A DNA stretch of 64,000 nucleotides from NCBI GenBank assembly GCA_951406725.2, contig OX597842.1, forward strand, positions 17,546,001-17,610,000, read 5' to 3'. The notes under the pieces were generated by a model. That model was not told where the DNA came from and searched no databases. It worked only from the letters and a program-made list of their open reading frames with translations. Source of the DNA: Octopus vulgaris (taxonomy: Eukaryota). Of this stretch, positions 12,851 to 27,020 are shown piece by piece. Position numbers and translations under genes: made by a program. Every line of letters starts with the position of its first letter. The stretch's first letter is position 1.

Positions 12851-15800
12851 ATATTGTTATATTTCGGAATGGTCATATTGCCAGTTTAGCCAATAAAGAC
12901 ACACGCACTATATATTTGGTGTTATTTTGCTTCAGTGATATTTATTTTTTACATTAATCTTAATCTTATTTCGGCCTGAGTTCTTTCGTCACACTCCTGT
13001 GACCGCATCAGTGGTCCTTTGTTTTCTTCTTTCGTATTTGTGTCTCTCCTTACTAACCGTCAGCCATTTTGTATTTCTCTTGTATGTCTTCATTTGCGCA
13101 TGCTTATATCTCTATGTGCGTCTATGTTTATTTAGTGTGTGTTTGGGGGGGATGCCTGTAATATTTGTATCTTCTGTTTATATACATTCATGTAATTTGT
13201 ATTTTGTTTTTGTTGTTGTTGCTTTTGTTCTAATTTTGTTCATGTGTTTACATCCACCCATTATTATCATTATATATGCTTGTATGTATGTATAACAACA
13301 ATATTAGTAATAATAATAATAAATCTAATCGAAAAAAATATTTAAACGTACTAACGTGAGCCATAGCCAGGCTTGCACGATGCTGAAGAACACTATATTT
13401 TGTTGCCTAAAGAAAACTGTGACAACGCAACAGCTTCGTTTTATAAAACAATGTGTCCCGTCCAGAATATGTATCAACAAGGTCACAGCCAACGTTAAAC
13501 GGCTTGACCTCACTAACGGACAAGCGGAAAGACTAAAAATGACGCTAATGATAAATATTAGAAATAGAATATACAGAGAGCTGAGCGAACAAGAGAAGCG
13601 TAAACGTATATTTTTAAAAGAAATTAAAAGTATCACCACACGAAAGGAGAAAACCTTACTAATGGATATAATATATGAAGAAAACAGACATGTAATACAC
13701 CAATGCAATATCCATTTTAAGAGGAAGTTATCGTGGTTGAAACAGAAACGTCAATATGAGCCCGCAAAGGAAGAAAAGCAGAAGCATCCAGATACAATAA
13801 ATGGAACTATTATGGAAGATGTGCTACTACCAGAAGAGTTCAATAAAGACAATGAAGCGAACATCTATGGGGGAGTAACAACGGACCTAGATGAAATATC
13901 GATACTTCAACTACCACCAAAGTATGCAGTGTATAGTAAGGTGAATACCATCAAATGCCTGTCCGAGATTGAAAAGTCGTTCACAAAAATACGTTGGAAT
14001 TTAAATAGATACAATGACAACAACACTTGCGACAACAACAACAACGCGAAAAACACTAACCGCAGCAACAACAACACAAACAATAATGACCGCAGCAATA
14101 ACAACCGTAGCAACAAAAGCAACACGAACCCTAACAGCGGCAACAACAACAACAATAGAAAAAATGAATGCATAGACACAAACAATAGATACAAAAACAA
14201 AAACACAAACAGAGAGAAAAAAATCGTATACAACAGCAACAACAACAATTATAGGGAGAACCGACACACAAACACACACACAGATAACCATAGTCACAAA
14301 GACACGAATAAAAGTTGTGTCATGGGGGTCACGATGGAGAATAAAGTTGAATGCAACAGAATCCTTGGACAGGGAGTCAGCAGACTTGAAACAGATAACA
14401 ATACTCATAGGAACAAAAATAACAACCACAACAGGGGGAATGACAGGGACCAACAGACAGACATAAAACCCAACACTAATATGAACAACACATATACCAG
14501 AAACAGGAACAATGAATATATCACTAGCGATGATAGTAATAATGGCAATGGTAGGAATAAAGGTAATAACAATAATAGTGGTAGTAGTAGTGGTGATGGT
14601 AACAGTAGAAGTAGTAATGAGGATAGTAGTGATAGTTGTGGTGGTAATAGGAATAATAGTAGTAGTGGTAATGATGATAATAATAATAGGAAGGCTGATG
14701 TTGGAAACAGTAACGATAATGAAGATAACCCTAGAAAGACCATTGACATGTATACCCATCCCTTTGATACTCAATTCTTCAACGTATGTGACAAAACTTA
14801 CTGCATGAACCGGTTTTATCCAACAACATTACCCTTCAACAAAAGAGTATACATCCCAAGACGTACTAATGACCATATGGAAGCACAGTTCACTATAGCT
14901 AGGACCAAACTTAGACAGATTTTAGGATTATACATTAAGAGACACAGACAGAATAAGACAGATGCCCAACAACTCGGGATTAAACCTGCATGTGGCCTAC
15001 AGAAGCTCATTCAGCGCACGAGGAACGGAGAGGTGATATGCCTTCCCAGAGATAAGTCCGGCAGGATGTCAATAGACAGCTTACCGAACTACATCCAGGC
15101 AATGCAACCTCATATCGCCAATACAAAAATAACAACTGTACAGGCGCATGAGGAGAGAGAAAAGGTCCTCAATGCCCACATGATGATGTGGACAATTGTT
15201 CTGGGACCCCAGAAACGTACTGCAAAGAATTTCCAAGCCTGGAACAATGATATCCCGGCACTGTATGGACTTCGCAAGGACCATAAAGTTTTTACTGACC
15301 CTATAGCAGGACCACCAACAAGACCAGTCTGTGGAGCGAATATCGCTAGCAATTACAGAATCTCCTACTTCCTCTCAATGATCATACGCCCTATAATCAG
15401 GATGTCACCTGATGTGTGTGACAGCACAGAAGATCTCCTAAGCAGGATCAGTGACTGTAACAAAACTTGTGACTTGACAGGATGTATAGTAGCATGGATG
15501 TGGTATCCCTATACCCATCGATTGACGTATATTTTGCAGTGGAGAAGTGCGTGGAGATGATCAACGAGAGCCAGGTGGAGTTCTGTAATGTCAACTCAGA
15601 AGAACTGGGCCTCCTACTTAGACTGACATGCAATAATGAATACTTAGATAAACATAATCTTAGTAGTTTCTGCCCCAGTAGATGTTTAAGAGGTAGACCA
15701 CCTACAATTACTTCTATGGCTAGGAAGACACATATAGAAAGATGGCGCGGATGGACCAGAGCCATACGGAGCCCCGCAAATCTCCATCAGGTAAAGAAAA

Positions 15801-17251
15801 TGATCGCACATGCACTAGGAGCTAGTATAAGAGTTACCCTAAAAGGCCACACGTTTAAATTTAATAATAAAATATATTCCCAGGAGGTGGGGGCAGCCAT
15901 CGGTGTTAGTATCGCTGGTGATGTGGACAACCTTTTCATGGTATGGTGGGACAGAAGGCTTAAAGAACGCCTAACACAGAACTCCATACTCGTAAACATG
16001 TACTCTCGCTATGTTGATGATATTAACATAGTGGTAAAGGCACCCCCACAAGAGAGTAATGTTGATATAGTAATAGAAACTAATACTATGGAGAGCATCC
16101 AGCAAATAGCTAACTCCATCCACCAGAGTATTAAGGTCACAATAGACTACCCCACTAAACACCCCAACCATAGACTACCAGTACTAGACACTGAACTCTG
16201 GCTAGAAATTGTAAAAAATAAAACCCAAATCCTTCATTCATACTATGCAAAACCTATGGCCTCAAATACCTGATCCACCGGAACTCAGCCATTGCGGGCA
16301 ATGCCAAATTCAATATTTTGATGGCAGACCTCGTCAGAATAATGAGAAATGTGTCACGCATGTGCGAGCCTACAGAATTAAAGAGACACATACAGTATTT
16401 CATTCACCGCATGCAGTTCTCAGGTTACAGCCATAAAGAAAGGATCAGAGTATACAAAGGAGCCATGAAGAAATTTGATAATATATTATGTAATGATAGG
16501 AATGGGATTTGCCCACTCTATAGGAACAAGTCATGGAACACTATAGAAAGGACAAAAAAGAAAATAGGGAAGGCCAACTCTTGGTATGATAGCCATAAAT
16601 ACCAGAGTGTCATGTTCGTTGACACCACCCCTGGAGGTGAACTGGCGTACCGCTTTAGAAGGACCCTAGATAAACTTAAACTAAGAATTAAGGTTGTTGA
16701 AAAGCCAGGCAACCCTATCAAATCTATAATTGGTAGAACCTATCCTTTTAGTAGAACCCCCTGTATGGATAACTATTGCACTGTATGTAGATTTAGCCCA
16801 CAAACAAACTGTAAAGCCAGAAATGTAGTCTATAGTATAAGATGTATAGAGGGACGATGCAGTAACAAGACAATAACATACGTAGGGGAAACGGCAAGAA
16901 GCATAGGAGAGCGGGTGAATATACATTGGAGACAACTCAAGGAAGGTAAAAGCACATCGATTCTGTACCAACACGCCGAACAGGAACACGGGGGATCAAT
17001 CAATAACATAGAGATTAAGATATTGTCCACACATAGAACAGATGCAACAATTAGACAAATTACAGAAGCTACACATATAATAGAAAATAAACCTAGCCTG
17101 AATAGAAAACTAGAATGGAGCAATAGCATACACCACAACATATGACGATAGAGGATCCCGAAAACATAATAAATACACAGATAAATAAACAAATAGAAAT
17201 GATTAACTATATATATATGTATATATATCTATGTATATATGTATGTATATG

Positions 17252-17342
<91 letters not shown>

Positions 17343-17882
17343 GTGTATATATATGTGTATATGTATATTTTTTTTTTCTTTACGATTAGATTTTTTTTTT
17401 CGATTAGATTTATTATTATTCTTACTAATATTGTTGTTATACATACATACAAGCATATGTAATGATAATGATGGGTGGATGTAAACACATGAACAAAATT
17501 AGAACAAAAGCAACAACAACAAAAACAAAATACAAATTACATGAATGTATATAAACAGAAGATACAAATATTACAGGCATCCCCCAAAAAACACACACTA
17601 AATAAACATAGACGCACATAGAGATATAAGCATGCGCAAATGAAGACATACAAGAGAAATGCAAAATGGTTGACGGTTAGTAAGGAGAGACACAAATACG
17701 AAAGAAGAAAACAAAGGACCACTGATGCGGTCACAGGAGTGTGACGAAAGAACTCTGGCCGAAATAAGATTAAGATTAATGTAAAAAATAAATATCACTG
17801 AAGCAAAATAACACCAAATATATAGTGCGTGTGTTTTTATTGACTAAACTGGCAATATGACCATTCCGAAATATAACAATAT
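12851..17882 (+). mobile_element. Near full-length Penelope-like retroelement (Naiad-like) with ~490-bp inverted terminal repeats
   Basis: RT (RPVCGA, MDVVSLYPSID, YSRYVDD) plus CxxxxCxxC linker and GIY-YIG (NVVYSIRC...YVGETAR) over 13356-17145, with frameshifts near 15490 and 16265. 12851-~13338 is the reverse complement of ~17395-17882. Confidence 0.9.
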
Positions 17883-17999
17883 CTGTTTCAACACACGACT
17901 TCACATAAAAAATCTTGCACAACAAATATTTAAACGTACATATATATATATTTAAATATATATATACATATATACATATATAATTACACACATATATAC

Positions 18000-20390
18000 A
18001 TACACATCTATATACGTATATATATATACACATTTATATACATATATATACATTTATATATATACATATTTATACATATATATACACACATATATAATAT
18101 ACATTTATATACATATATATACAGTTACATACATATATGTATATATATAGTTATATACATATATACAGTTATATATATATGCATTTATATACATACATAT
18201 ATATATTCATTAATATACATGTGTGTGTGTGTGTATATAGACATGATGATACATGATGGCCGTCCACTCGTGACCGAGGAAGACCATTGCTGACCTTCAG
18301 GAACATTGTGCGCTCTAGGACTAACCTATATTTTGCATTTTCAGCTCTGTCGGTGGTTAATGATCCCTGCTCTTGACAAGCATACGTGACAGCAAACATT
18401 GCAGACCAAGCTTTCCCCATGCATTACACCAGCCATGCGTTTTCGAGCAGCAGGCTTAAGTCCTTCATGCTGAATACATGCTCTCTCAAAGGTTCCGACC
18501 CCTCCCTTAACCTGCTTCTTCCATCTGTAGACATGACAGGCATTGCTCTCCCAGTCTGTCTCCGGCATATCACAGGCCTTTAATGAGGACTTGACACAGT
18601 CATTAAATCACAGCCTTTTTCCACTCACAAGTTTCCCGTATAGCATCTGTTTAGGGATCCTGCTACCATTCATTCTAATAAGATGTCCAGTCCAACGTAA
18701 CCAGTGCTTATGCATCGTAGCGGAAATCCTCAGAATATCAGCTTTCCTCAAGAAAGGTGTATCTGGAGGTTTTAAGGTCCAGCCATCATTCAGAATGTGT
18801 TTCAGACATCGCTGATGAAAGTGTTCAAGAACCCTTACATGACGTTTGTAAACGTTCCATAAACACACAAGCATCGGTTGTCAAGCGATGTTGGGAGGAC
18901 AAATACAGACACACAAACACACACACAAGAACACACAGACACACACACTGTTTATATTTCAATTCATTTATTTGAAATCTATCCAAATTAAATCCTAAAT
19001 CCCAGCGGGATTCGAAGTCAAAATGTAAAGTTTTATGACTGAATACTAAAGATATGTTATCAGTCGATTCATGATTTCTACAAATCTACCCCTGTCCTTT
19101 CCGTTCTCTGAGGAAACGAGAAATGACAACTGTAAACCGAATGTAACGAAAGCGCAAGTCAGCTACAGTATTTTATATAATAGAATTATAAAAACAATTT
19201 TAGTAATAATCTCTCTTTATCGATTCATCTTATATGCCACTTGTATGAATAAAATACTTACTCTATCAGGTCTAGTCAGAAAACCAGACCTGATAAAGAA
19301 AAACTACAGTAAGTTTTGAATTTAGCCGGCAAAATCACTTGGAATTCATTGAAATATTCCAGGCACCAGACAAGAAAAAATTTGCCCAGTGTTATTTGTT
19401 TTAATATTCAACAGATCGCTAATCACTATTCTAAGACTTATTACCCTATTTTCATATATATTTCTTTATTTTAAATCAGTCTATCTAGATTAAATCCTAA
19501 ATCACACCAAAATTCGAAATCAGAACGTTAAGTTTCAAGACACAATAGAAAGGATAGTTGATCAGACGATCCATGATTTCTACAAATCCGTCCTCGTCCC
19601 TTTCTCATTGGAAGTGGAAAATGAAAATGATAAACCGAATGTAATAAAAGCACAAGTCAGCTACAGTATTTTATATCATAGAATTATAAAAACAATTTCA
19701 GTAATTATCTCTCTTTTCATTCTTAATATTATTAATTCACTTACCTTTAAGATTCATGACTGTTACAGGGTTGTTAAGTAAACTTCACTTTTAGTTGAAA
19801 ATCGACCAACAAGACGTGTCTCACTGCAAACAATAAGCTTCTGCCTTTTAATGTTCCCTTTTCCTAGTCTCGATAAACAAGCTTTCTTTTGGTTATTCCT
19901 ATTCTCTTCGTTCTGATAATTTAAGAATAAATTCAGGATATTTCACAGTTGATTTCTTTTTGCATTTAACACAATCTCTCCCGAGTTCTTCCACTCTTAT
20001 AAAAATTGATGGCCAACTTGAACTTTCTTTCCCTCTTACTCCAGAAGTCGTCGCCAGGTAATTTCACTTTTCGTTAAATAAGTTCTTAAATTCCTGGTCT
20101 TATATTCGTCTATCTTTCTCTCCAGAATGCTTTGCTCTTCAGAAGGTAAGTAAATTATCAGTTTTACCCGTAGCTTTGTTAGGTTATCAATAACAACTGT
20201 TTCTATCGATCGATGTTAGCAAACAAACGCTTGAAAGAAGTCGACTGCGTTTGTACACATGGTGAGCAAAACGAGTTTACTTTAACTTGGCAATATATCG
20301 ATAGCTTTGAAGTTTTAATTTTTCCATTCGATAAATTACACTAAATGCCCTCCAAAAACTATGGTCAACGAGTACAGGAAGGGAATCCAA
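18000..20390. repeat. Duplicate of the gene A upstream region (7550-11905; third copy ~36090-37405) with internal deletions and an internal ~480-bp tandem duplication
   Basis: Shared RTE fragment, SINE remnant and unique sequence in the same order. Confidence 0.85.
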
Positions 20391-20394
20391 ATCC

Positions 20395-20681
20395 AAGTCA
20401 GTGAATGTAGTGAAGATGAAGCACTTATCTGGTCACCAGCTCCCAGATCTCAATATTATTGAATATTTATGGTGCATTATAGAAAAAACAAGTTAGGAGT
20501 CGATATCCTCCACCATCATCTCTACAAGAACTGGAGACTGTTTTAGCTGAAGCCATTCCTTTCGAAATTCCTTTCGAAGCGATTCAAACTTTGTACGCGT
20601 CTATACCTCGTAAAATTCAAGCTGTAATTACTGCCAAAGGCGGTCCTACACGATGTTTCCATTATTTTTGTCCAACTCCTG
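20395..20681 (+). mobile_element. Tc1-like transposon 3' remnant (copy at 37410-37731)
   Basis: PDLNIIEYLW...IQAVITAKGGPT followed by a terminus ending in ctg. Confidence 0.8.
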
Positions 20682-21039
20682 AACATACACACATACATAC
20701 ACACATACATACATGAATACATACACACTCATACATACATATATACACACACATACATACATACATACATACATTCATAAATACATGAATACATACACAC
20801 ACATGCATATATACATACATACATATATACACACACATTCATACATACACTCACATACATACATACACACATACATACATGAATATATACACACACATAC
20901 ATACATATATATACACATACATACATATATATACACACATACATACATACATTCATACATACATGAATACATACACACACATACATACATGAATATATAC
21001 ACACACATACATATATACACACATTCATACATACATGGA

Positions 21040-21405
21040 AGCATGCTGTGTTACAGTGCGTCGCTTCATCCCCCATTTCTAAGGGATTCCTTGGCGGACG
21101 ACCCCTTTTTACAATTTAGGCGACAACCCTACAACCCACGGCTCTGTTTTGGCAGTCGTTGGTAGTGAGGATTGTACGGGATCAAAGTGCAAATCCTAAC
21201 TCGCCCCCTTTTGGTCGCTTTTTACGAAACGCAGACGAAACGTTGGGTTTATTCATTGATATGCCAGTCCCCTCACAGCCCTGGGGCAACGTGAAATACA
21301 GAACTTTGCTCAAGGATAACACACGCCAACCCGTCCAGGAATCGATCGCACGGTCAGCGAATCATGAGTGCAAATCCTGATCCCTAAGCCACGCACATTC
21401 ACTGA
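21040..21405 (-). mobile_element. Old tRNA-derived SINE, carried in three segmental copies (also 38105-38470, 57820-58180)
   Basis: Degenerate gtggcttaggg...cgattcc head; identical flanks in each copy. Confidence 0.75.
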
Positions 21406-21895
21406 TGAAAACAATTGTAAACGTTGGGCTTATATTTTAATATTCAATAAAACAATAATCATTTTCCCTGATTGTGAGTATCTTATCAATTCTGGATACT
21501 AATCGATACTAAGAACATAACTAGATTATACTCCACGGAAAACATGGCTACTTAAGAGGAAAAAGAATGAAAATATACTTTCAACAAATAAATCACGGTT
21601 GACTACATATTGAATAGACTCAAGGATGTTTATCGCAATCAGCAGCCGGATATTATTAATCAATATTTTCCATATATTCTTTGAAAGTGATTATGCCTCA
21701 GCGTTGTAAAGATTTCACGAATATTTCTTGATCGAACTTGTTACTTTTCTTCAATTAATGAAGCTTTTTTCCTATCTTTAAAATTCATTTCATTTGTGAT
21801 TTTATCATGACGTGGCAGATGTATCATTTTAATGAGGATGTGTGTGTGTGGACGTGGACACGTGTGTGTGTGTGTATTTATGCGTGTATATATAT

Positions 21896-21979
<84 letters not shown>

Positions 21980-22056
21980 CAATAAACATATTTTTGCTAC
22001 CCAGGTATCGGTTAAATTTTGAATAATCCTTAACAAGATAATTCATTTATCCATTT

Positions 22057-22122
<66 letters not shown>

Positions 22123-22180
22123 ATATCTATATATATATATATCTATATATATATATATGTATATTTATATGTATGTATCA

Positions 22181-22306
<126 letters not shown>

Positions 22307-23502
22307 GTGTGTGTGTGAGTGTGTGTGACCTCGTGTGTACCGTTGGCGATTTTTTCCTCTGTCTTTCCTTCTCCTATGTTTCCGACGAAGAGCTCCGCTC
22401 AAAACGTCAAACCCTCCTTCTTTCCTTCCTTCCTGGGCGTCCAGTAATACTATATTTGTTCCACGTCCTCGCGTTGTTTTCTGTGCTTTCATGTTTGGAT
22501 TTACTATATATATATATATACATATATATATATACATATATATATATACATATACAGGCATAAATACACACGCACGCGTAAACGTGCACACACATACAAC
22601 TTCCAGCTCGCTACCTTATCCTTCATAATAATAATAATCCATTTCTACTATAGGCACAGGGCCTGAAAGTTGGGAGACGGAGGACAGTCGATTACTTCGA
22701 CCCCAATATTCGACTGGCTCTTATTTTACTGACCCCGAAAAAATAAAAAGCCAAGTCGACCTCGTCGGAATTTGAACTCAGAACGTAGCGACAGAAGAAA
22801 TATCGCTAAGTTTTTCGCCCAGTGTGCTAACGATTCAACCAGCTCACAGAGAGAATGGGTCGGGTGAAATGGTTGTATAGATCACAAATCTTAAAATGTT
22901 TGTAGAAGCTTTTTTAAGCGTTGGTTCGGTCAGTTGCTAAATAAGATTCCTTACGGTGGAGTCACCCCTTTAACATTAATGTTGTATGCTGTAGCTGATA
23001 TAGAGAAGAGAAGCGTTTCAGAAATATGACAGACGAGTCTTTTTCTCAGAAAAAAGTGTTTTATTTAACAACAATAATATATAAATGTGTCACAGAGAAT
23101 AAATTACAACAGCAAAGAAACAACATAGAATAATCACTCTTTGAATATTACATTTGGAAAGCAAATACATAAACTTGTCTTTGTGTGCAACAGAATATTT
23201 CAGAAAATATATTAAGCATAAGAAGAGAAAAAAAGATGCGAATGTGTATATATATGTGATAAATATTTTGCATTTCCGAGCTGAACAATGGTATATGCTA
23301 ATGAAAAAGATAAACTCTAAAATAAGAAAATTTAACGCCGGTTTTTATATTGTAAAATGTGCCAGAGTGTTAGCATTGTGGTCAGTTAAAAACGCTACAA
23401 CGGACAGGTCACTATCTACCAACATATTTCGATTCAAATCCGATAATGTAGTGTCAACAACAACGGTCGTGTAGAATGTGTCCAACAAAAGCTTCTGCTA
23501 TC

Positions 23503-23574
<72 letters not shown>

Positions 23575-23640
23575 TAGTAATTATTATTATTATTATTATT
23601 ATTACTAGTACTATTGCTATTATTATTATTATTATTATTA

Positions 23641-23702
<62 letters not shown>

Positions 23703-23999
23703 GTATGTATGCATGCATGCATGCATGCATGTATGTATGTATGTATGTATGTATGTATGTATGTATGTATGTATGCAAATATGTATGTATATATGTATGT
23801 ATGTGTGTATGTGCGCATGTATGTAAGAATATGCAGTTTCTGGAATAATATATATTCTACTTCAAAATCACTGAGATGACCATAACTTCGTAACTCTCAG
23901 ATACAGCTGGAAAAAAAATATTGAAAAAATTGTTAGAAATAATGAAATTGACTCTAAATTTCCCGATGATCATCACACACACACAAACACACCCAACCA

Positions 24000-24039
<40 letters not shown>

Positions 24040-24046
<7 letters not shown>

Positions 24047-24330
24047 ACCACGTGACCGACCAGACCATCAGATGTTGTTACACATCGCTGGTCACAATGC
24101 GTTCGCATTGTTTTAGCTTTCAAATGACGCCACCCCGCTGGCTAAGCGAGCAGGCCAACAGAAGAAAGAGTGGTGAAAGAGTACAGAAGGGATCACCACC
24201 CCCTGCCGGAGCTTCGTGGAGCTTTTAAGTGTTTTCGCTCAATAAACACACAAAACGCCCGGTCTGGGAATCGAAACCGTAATCCTGCGACCGCGAGTCC
24301 GCTGCCCTAACCACTAGCCCATTGCGCCTC

Positions 24331-24335
<5 letters not shown>
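24040..24335 (-). mobile_element. tRNA-derived SINE (relatives: 39587-39856 +, ~12050-12260 -)
   Basis: gtggaggcgcaatgg...agtggttagggcagcgg...ggtttcgattcccag; tail of cacgtga repeats. Confidence 0.85.
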
Positions 24336-24412
<77 letters not shown>

Positions 24413-24439
24413 GGGAGAGAGAGAGAGAGAGAGAGAGAG

Positions 24440-26470
24440 AAAATAGTAAAAAGTGAAAAGACTACAGAAGGCTTAAAGGTTAAAAAATATATATATTTGC
24501 GTCAATATGTTTGAAGAATATTAAAAAAATTTTTTGGTTTACAATGACATAATTTAGAAGAAAGACCGGTTTCGCGTTTAGCTTTTCAAATTTCTTACGA
24601 CGTTATGTTTTTGTTGAATAGAGTTATCGTTATGTTTATGTTTAAAAGAGTTCTAAATAAGGGGAGGTAATGAGTGATTTCTTCCGGTGTAAGGGAGATA
24701 ATCGCTTAAATCTTTTTTCCTTTCCCTTGATGTGAATTTCTCTGTATCAGTATGTTGGCATGGTTAAGTCTGGGCTTGTACTTTTCAATGAAGAATGTTT
24801 CCTTGTTTAGTCTAATTTGTGTTAATGATCCGATAGCACATTGGTAAAATGGAAAGATTAAAAATAGTGGTAGTAGTTGCTTTGCGCATTTCTCAATGTG
24901 CTGACTAAAAGGTATCATTCTGTATTCTGGGAATGCAATCTGTTGTCGATGCAGTGTGCATCTACGTCTGAATGATAGTCCCGTGGATCCCACGTAGTCT
25001 TGGTGGAAGCGCGAGCATTTTATGACATAAATTATGTTTTCAGAGGCACAAGTAAAGTTAGATTTGATCTTGAATTTCTGTCCCTCTTTAAAGAGGAATT
25101 CTGATCCTTCTAGCAGGTTTGGACATGTTGCACAGTTCGATCTACCACATTTTTTTACATTTGCATCCGTAATTTCAGAAAACAATTTTGCCTTTGTGAG
25201 AATCTTTTAAGTGATTTAGGTTGTTTGTAGCTTTTAATGATTTGGTGTATGTTTAGAATTTCCTTTAATTTGGGGTCCTTATGAAGTATTGGTAAATTCT
25301 GGGTGATGATGGTGAAGGCTTCTTTGTTTCTGGGGTTGTATGTAGATATGTAAGGTAGTATTTTCGGGGAAGGTGTGTTGTTGTGTTGAACTTTTCTTAA
25401 AGTTTCTATGTTGATTTCTGTTGCACGTCTGATCCCATCCTCTATGAGTTGAGCTGGGTAATGTCTGTCAATTAGGGTGTTTTTGAGTTCTTGCAGTCTA
25501 AAGTTCCTGGTATTTTGTTCTGACACTATTGTGCATATCCTTCTTGCAAGGTTGAAGGGGATGTTTGTTTTAGTGTGTCTTGGGTGGCATGAATTAAAAG
25601 AAGGTATTGTTTGGCGTCTGTGGCTTTGTAAAAAATGTCTGTTTCTATTTTAAGGTTAATTTTTTTAATTAGTATATCCAAGAACGGGAGTTCCTTTTGG
25701 TTGTATTCCATTGTGAACTGTATATTTGGGTTTATGCTGTTCAATAGGTTTTTAAATTTTAGGAGTTTATCTATGTTTTCATTCCAGAGTATAAAACAAT
25801 CGTCTGAGAATCGTTTCCAATTCTCTTTTATGTATTGAGAAAGGGGGTTTCCAAAGATTGATAAAGATTCCTGGTAAATGATTATTTCCATGTAGCCCAT
25901 TGTTAGGTTCGCAATGACTGGTGCTGCCCTTGTACCCATAGCAATTCCAGATTTTTGACGGTAAAATGTATTGTCAAACATGAAGTGGTTATTATGTAGG
26001 ATGAATTCAATTGATTTCGTAATGAATTCTTTACTGATCCTTTTTGGTATTTCTTCCGGAAATTGGTCCAGCCAGAACTGTATTGCCTCTAGTCCATAAT
26101 TATGAGGTATACTGGTATATAAGTTAACTACATCAAATGAAACCAGGATTGTTTCTTCCTTGGCTTTTTTTGGAAGGTGGTTTAACATATCTAAGTCATC
26201 TCATGAGATGACTTTGGAAACCCCCTTTCTCAATACATAAAAGAGAATTGGAAACGATTCTTAGACGATTGTTTTATACTCTGGAATGGAAACACAGATA
26301 AACTCCTAAAATTTAAAAACCTATTGAACAGCATAAACCCAAATATACAGTTCACAATGGAATACAACCCAAAAAAATTTTTAATATTCTTCAGACATAT
26401 TGACGCAAATATATATATTTTTTAACCTTTAAACCTTCTGTAGTTTTTTCACTTATTACTATTTTCTATA
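24440..26470 (-). mobile_element. 5'-truncated Penelope/Poseidon-like element with inverted pieces at its 5' end
   Basis: SFDVVNLYTSI, GIAMGT, RFSDD and NIIYVIKC...YVGST in three frameshifted ORFs (24706-26188). 26216-26370 inverts 25697-25855, and 26370-26466 inverts 24440-24537. Confidence 0.88.
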
Positions 26471-26499
26471 TATTCAACCATCACAAACCAACTTTCTTA

Positions 26500-26579
<80 letters not shown>

Positions 26580-26639
26580 TACACACACACATACGTACAT
26601 ACATACATACATACACGACCTACAATCTCGATGTGCTGG

Positions 26640-27020
26640 ATCCACCCACTACCAGAACACATGACCACGACCCATAGATCCGCCTACTACCAGAACACAT
26701 GACCACGACCCATAGATCCGCCTACTACCAGAGCACATGACCACGACCCATAGAACCGCCTACTACCAGAACACATGACAACGACCCATAGATCCGCCTA
26801 CTACCAGAACACATGACCACGACTCATAGATCCGCCCACTCCCAGAACACATGACAAAGACCCATTGATCAGCCTACTACCAGAGCACATGACCACCACT
26901 CATAGATCCGCCCACTCCCAGAACACATGACAACGACCCATAGATCAGCCTACTACCAGAACACATGACCACGACTCATAGATCCGCCCACTCCCGGAAC
27001 ACATGACAACGACCCATAGA
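26640..27020. repeat. Minisatellite, 38-bp unit x ~10
   Basis: Unit ctactaccagaacacatgaccacgacccatagatccgc. Confidence 0.95.

Noticed and set aside
22380-22410. Hammerhead-like ccgacgaagagctccgctcaaaacgtc
   Set aside because: Both core boxes are mutated; at most a decayed Penelope-derived remnant.
26640-27020. 38-bp repeat as a CRISPR array or coding repeat
   Set aside because: Head-to-tail units with no unique spacers, eukaryotic context, and unit length not a multiple of 3.
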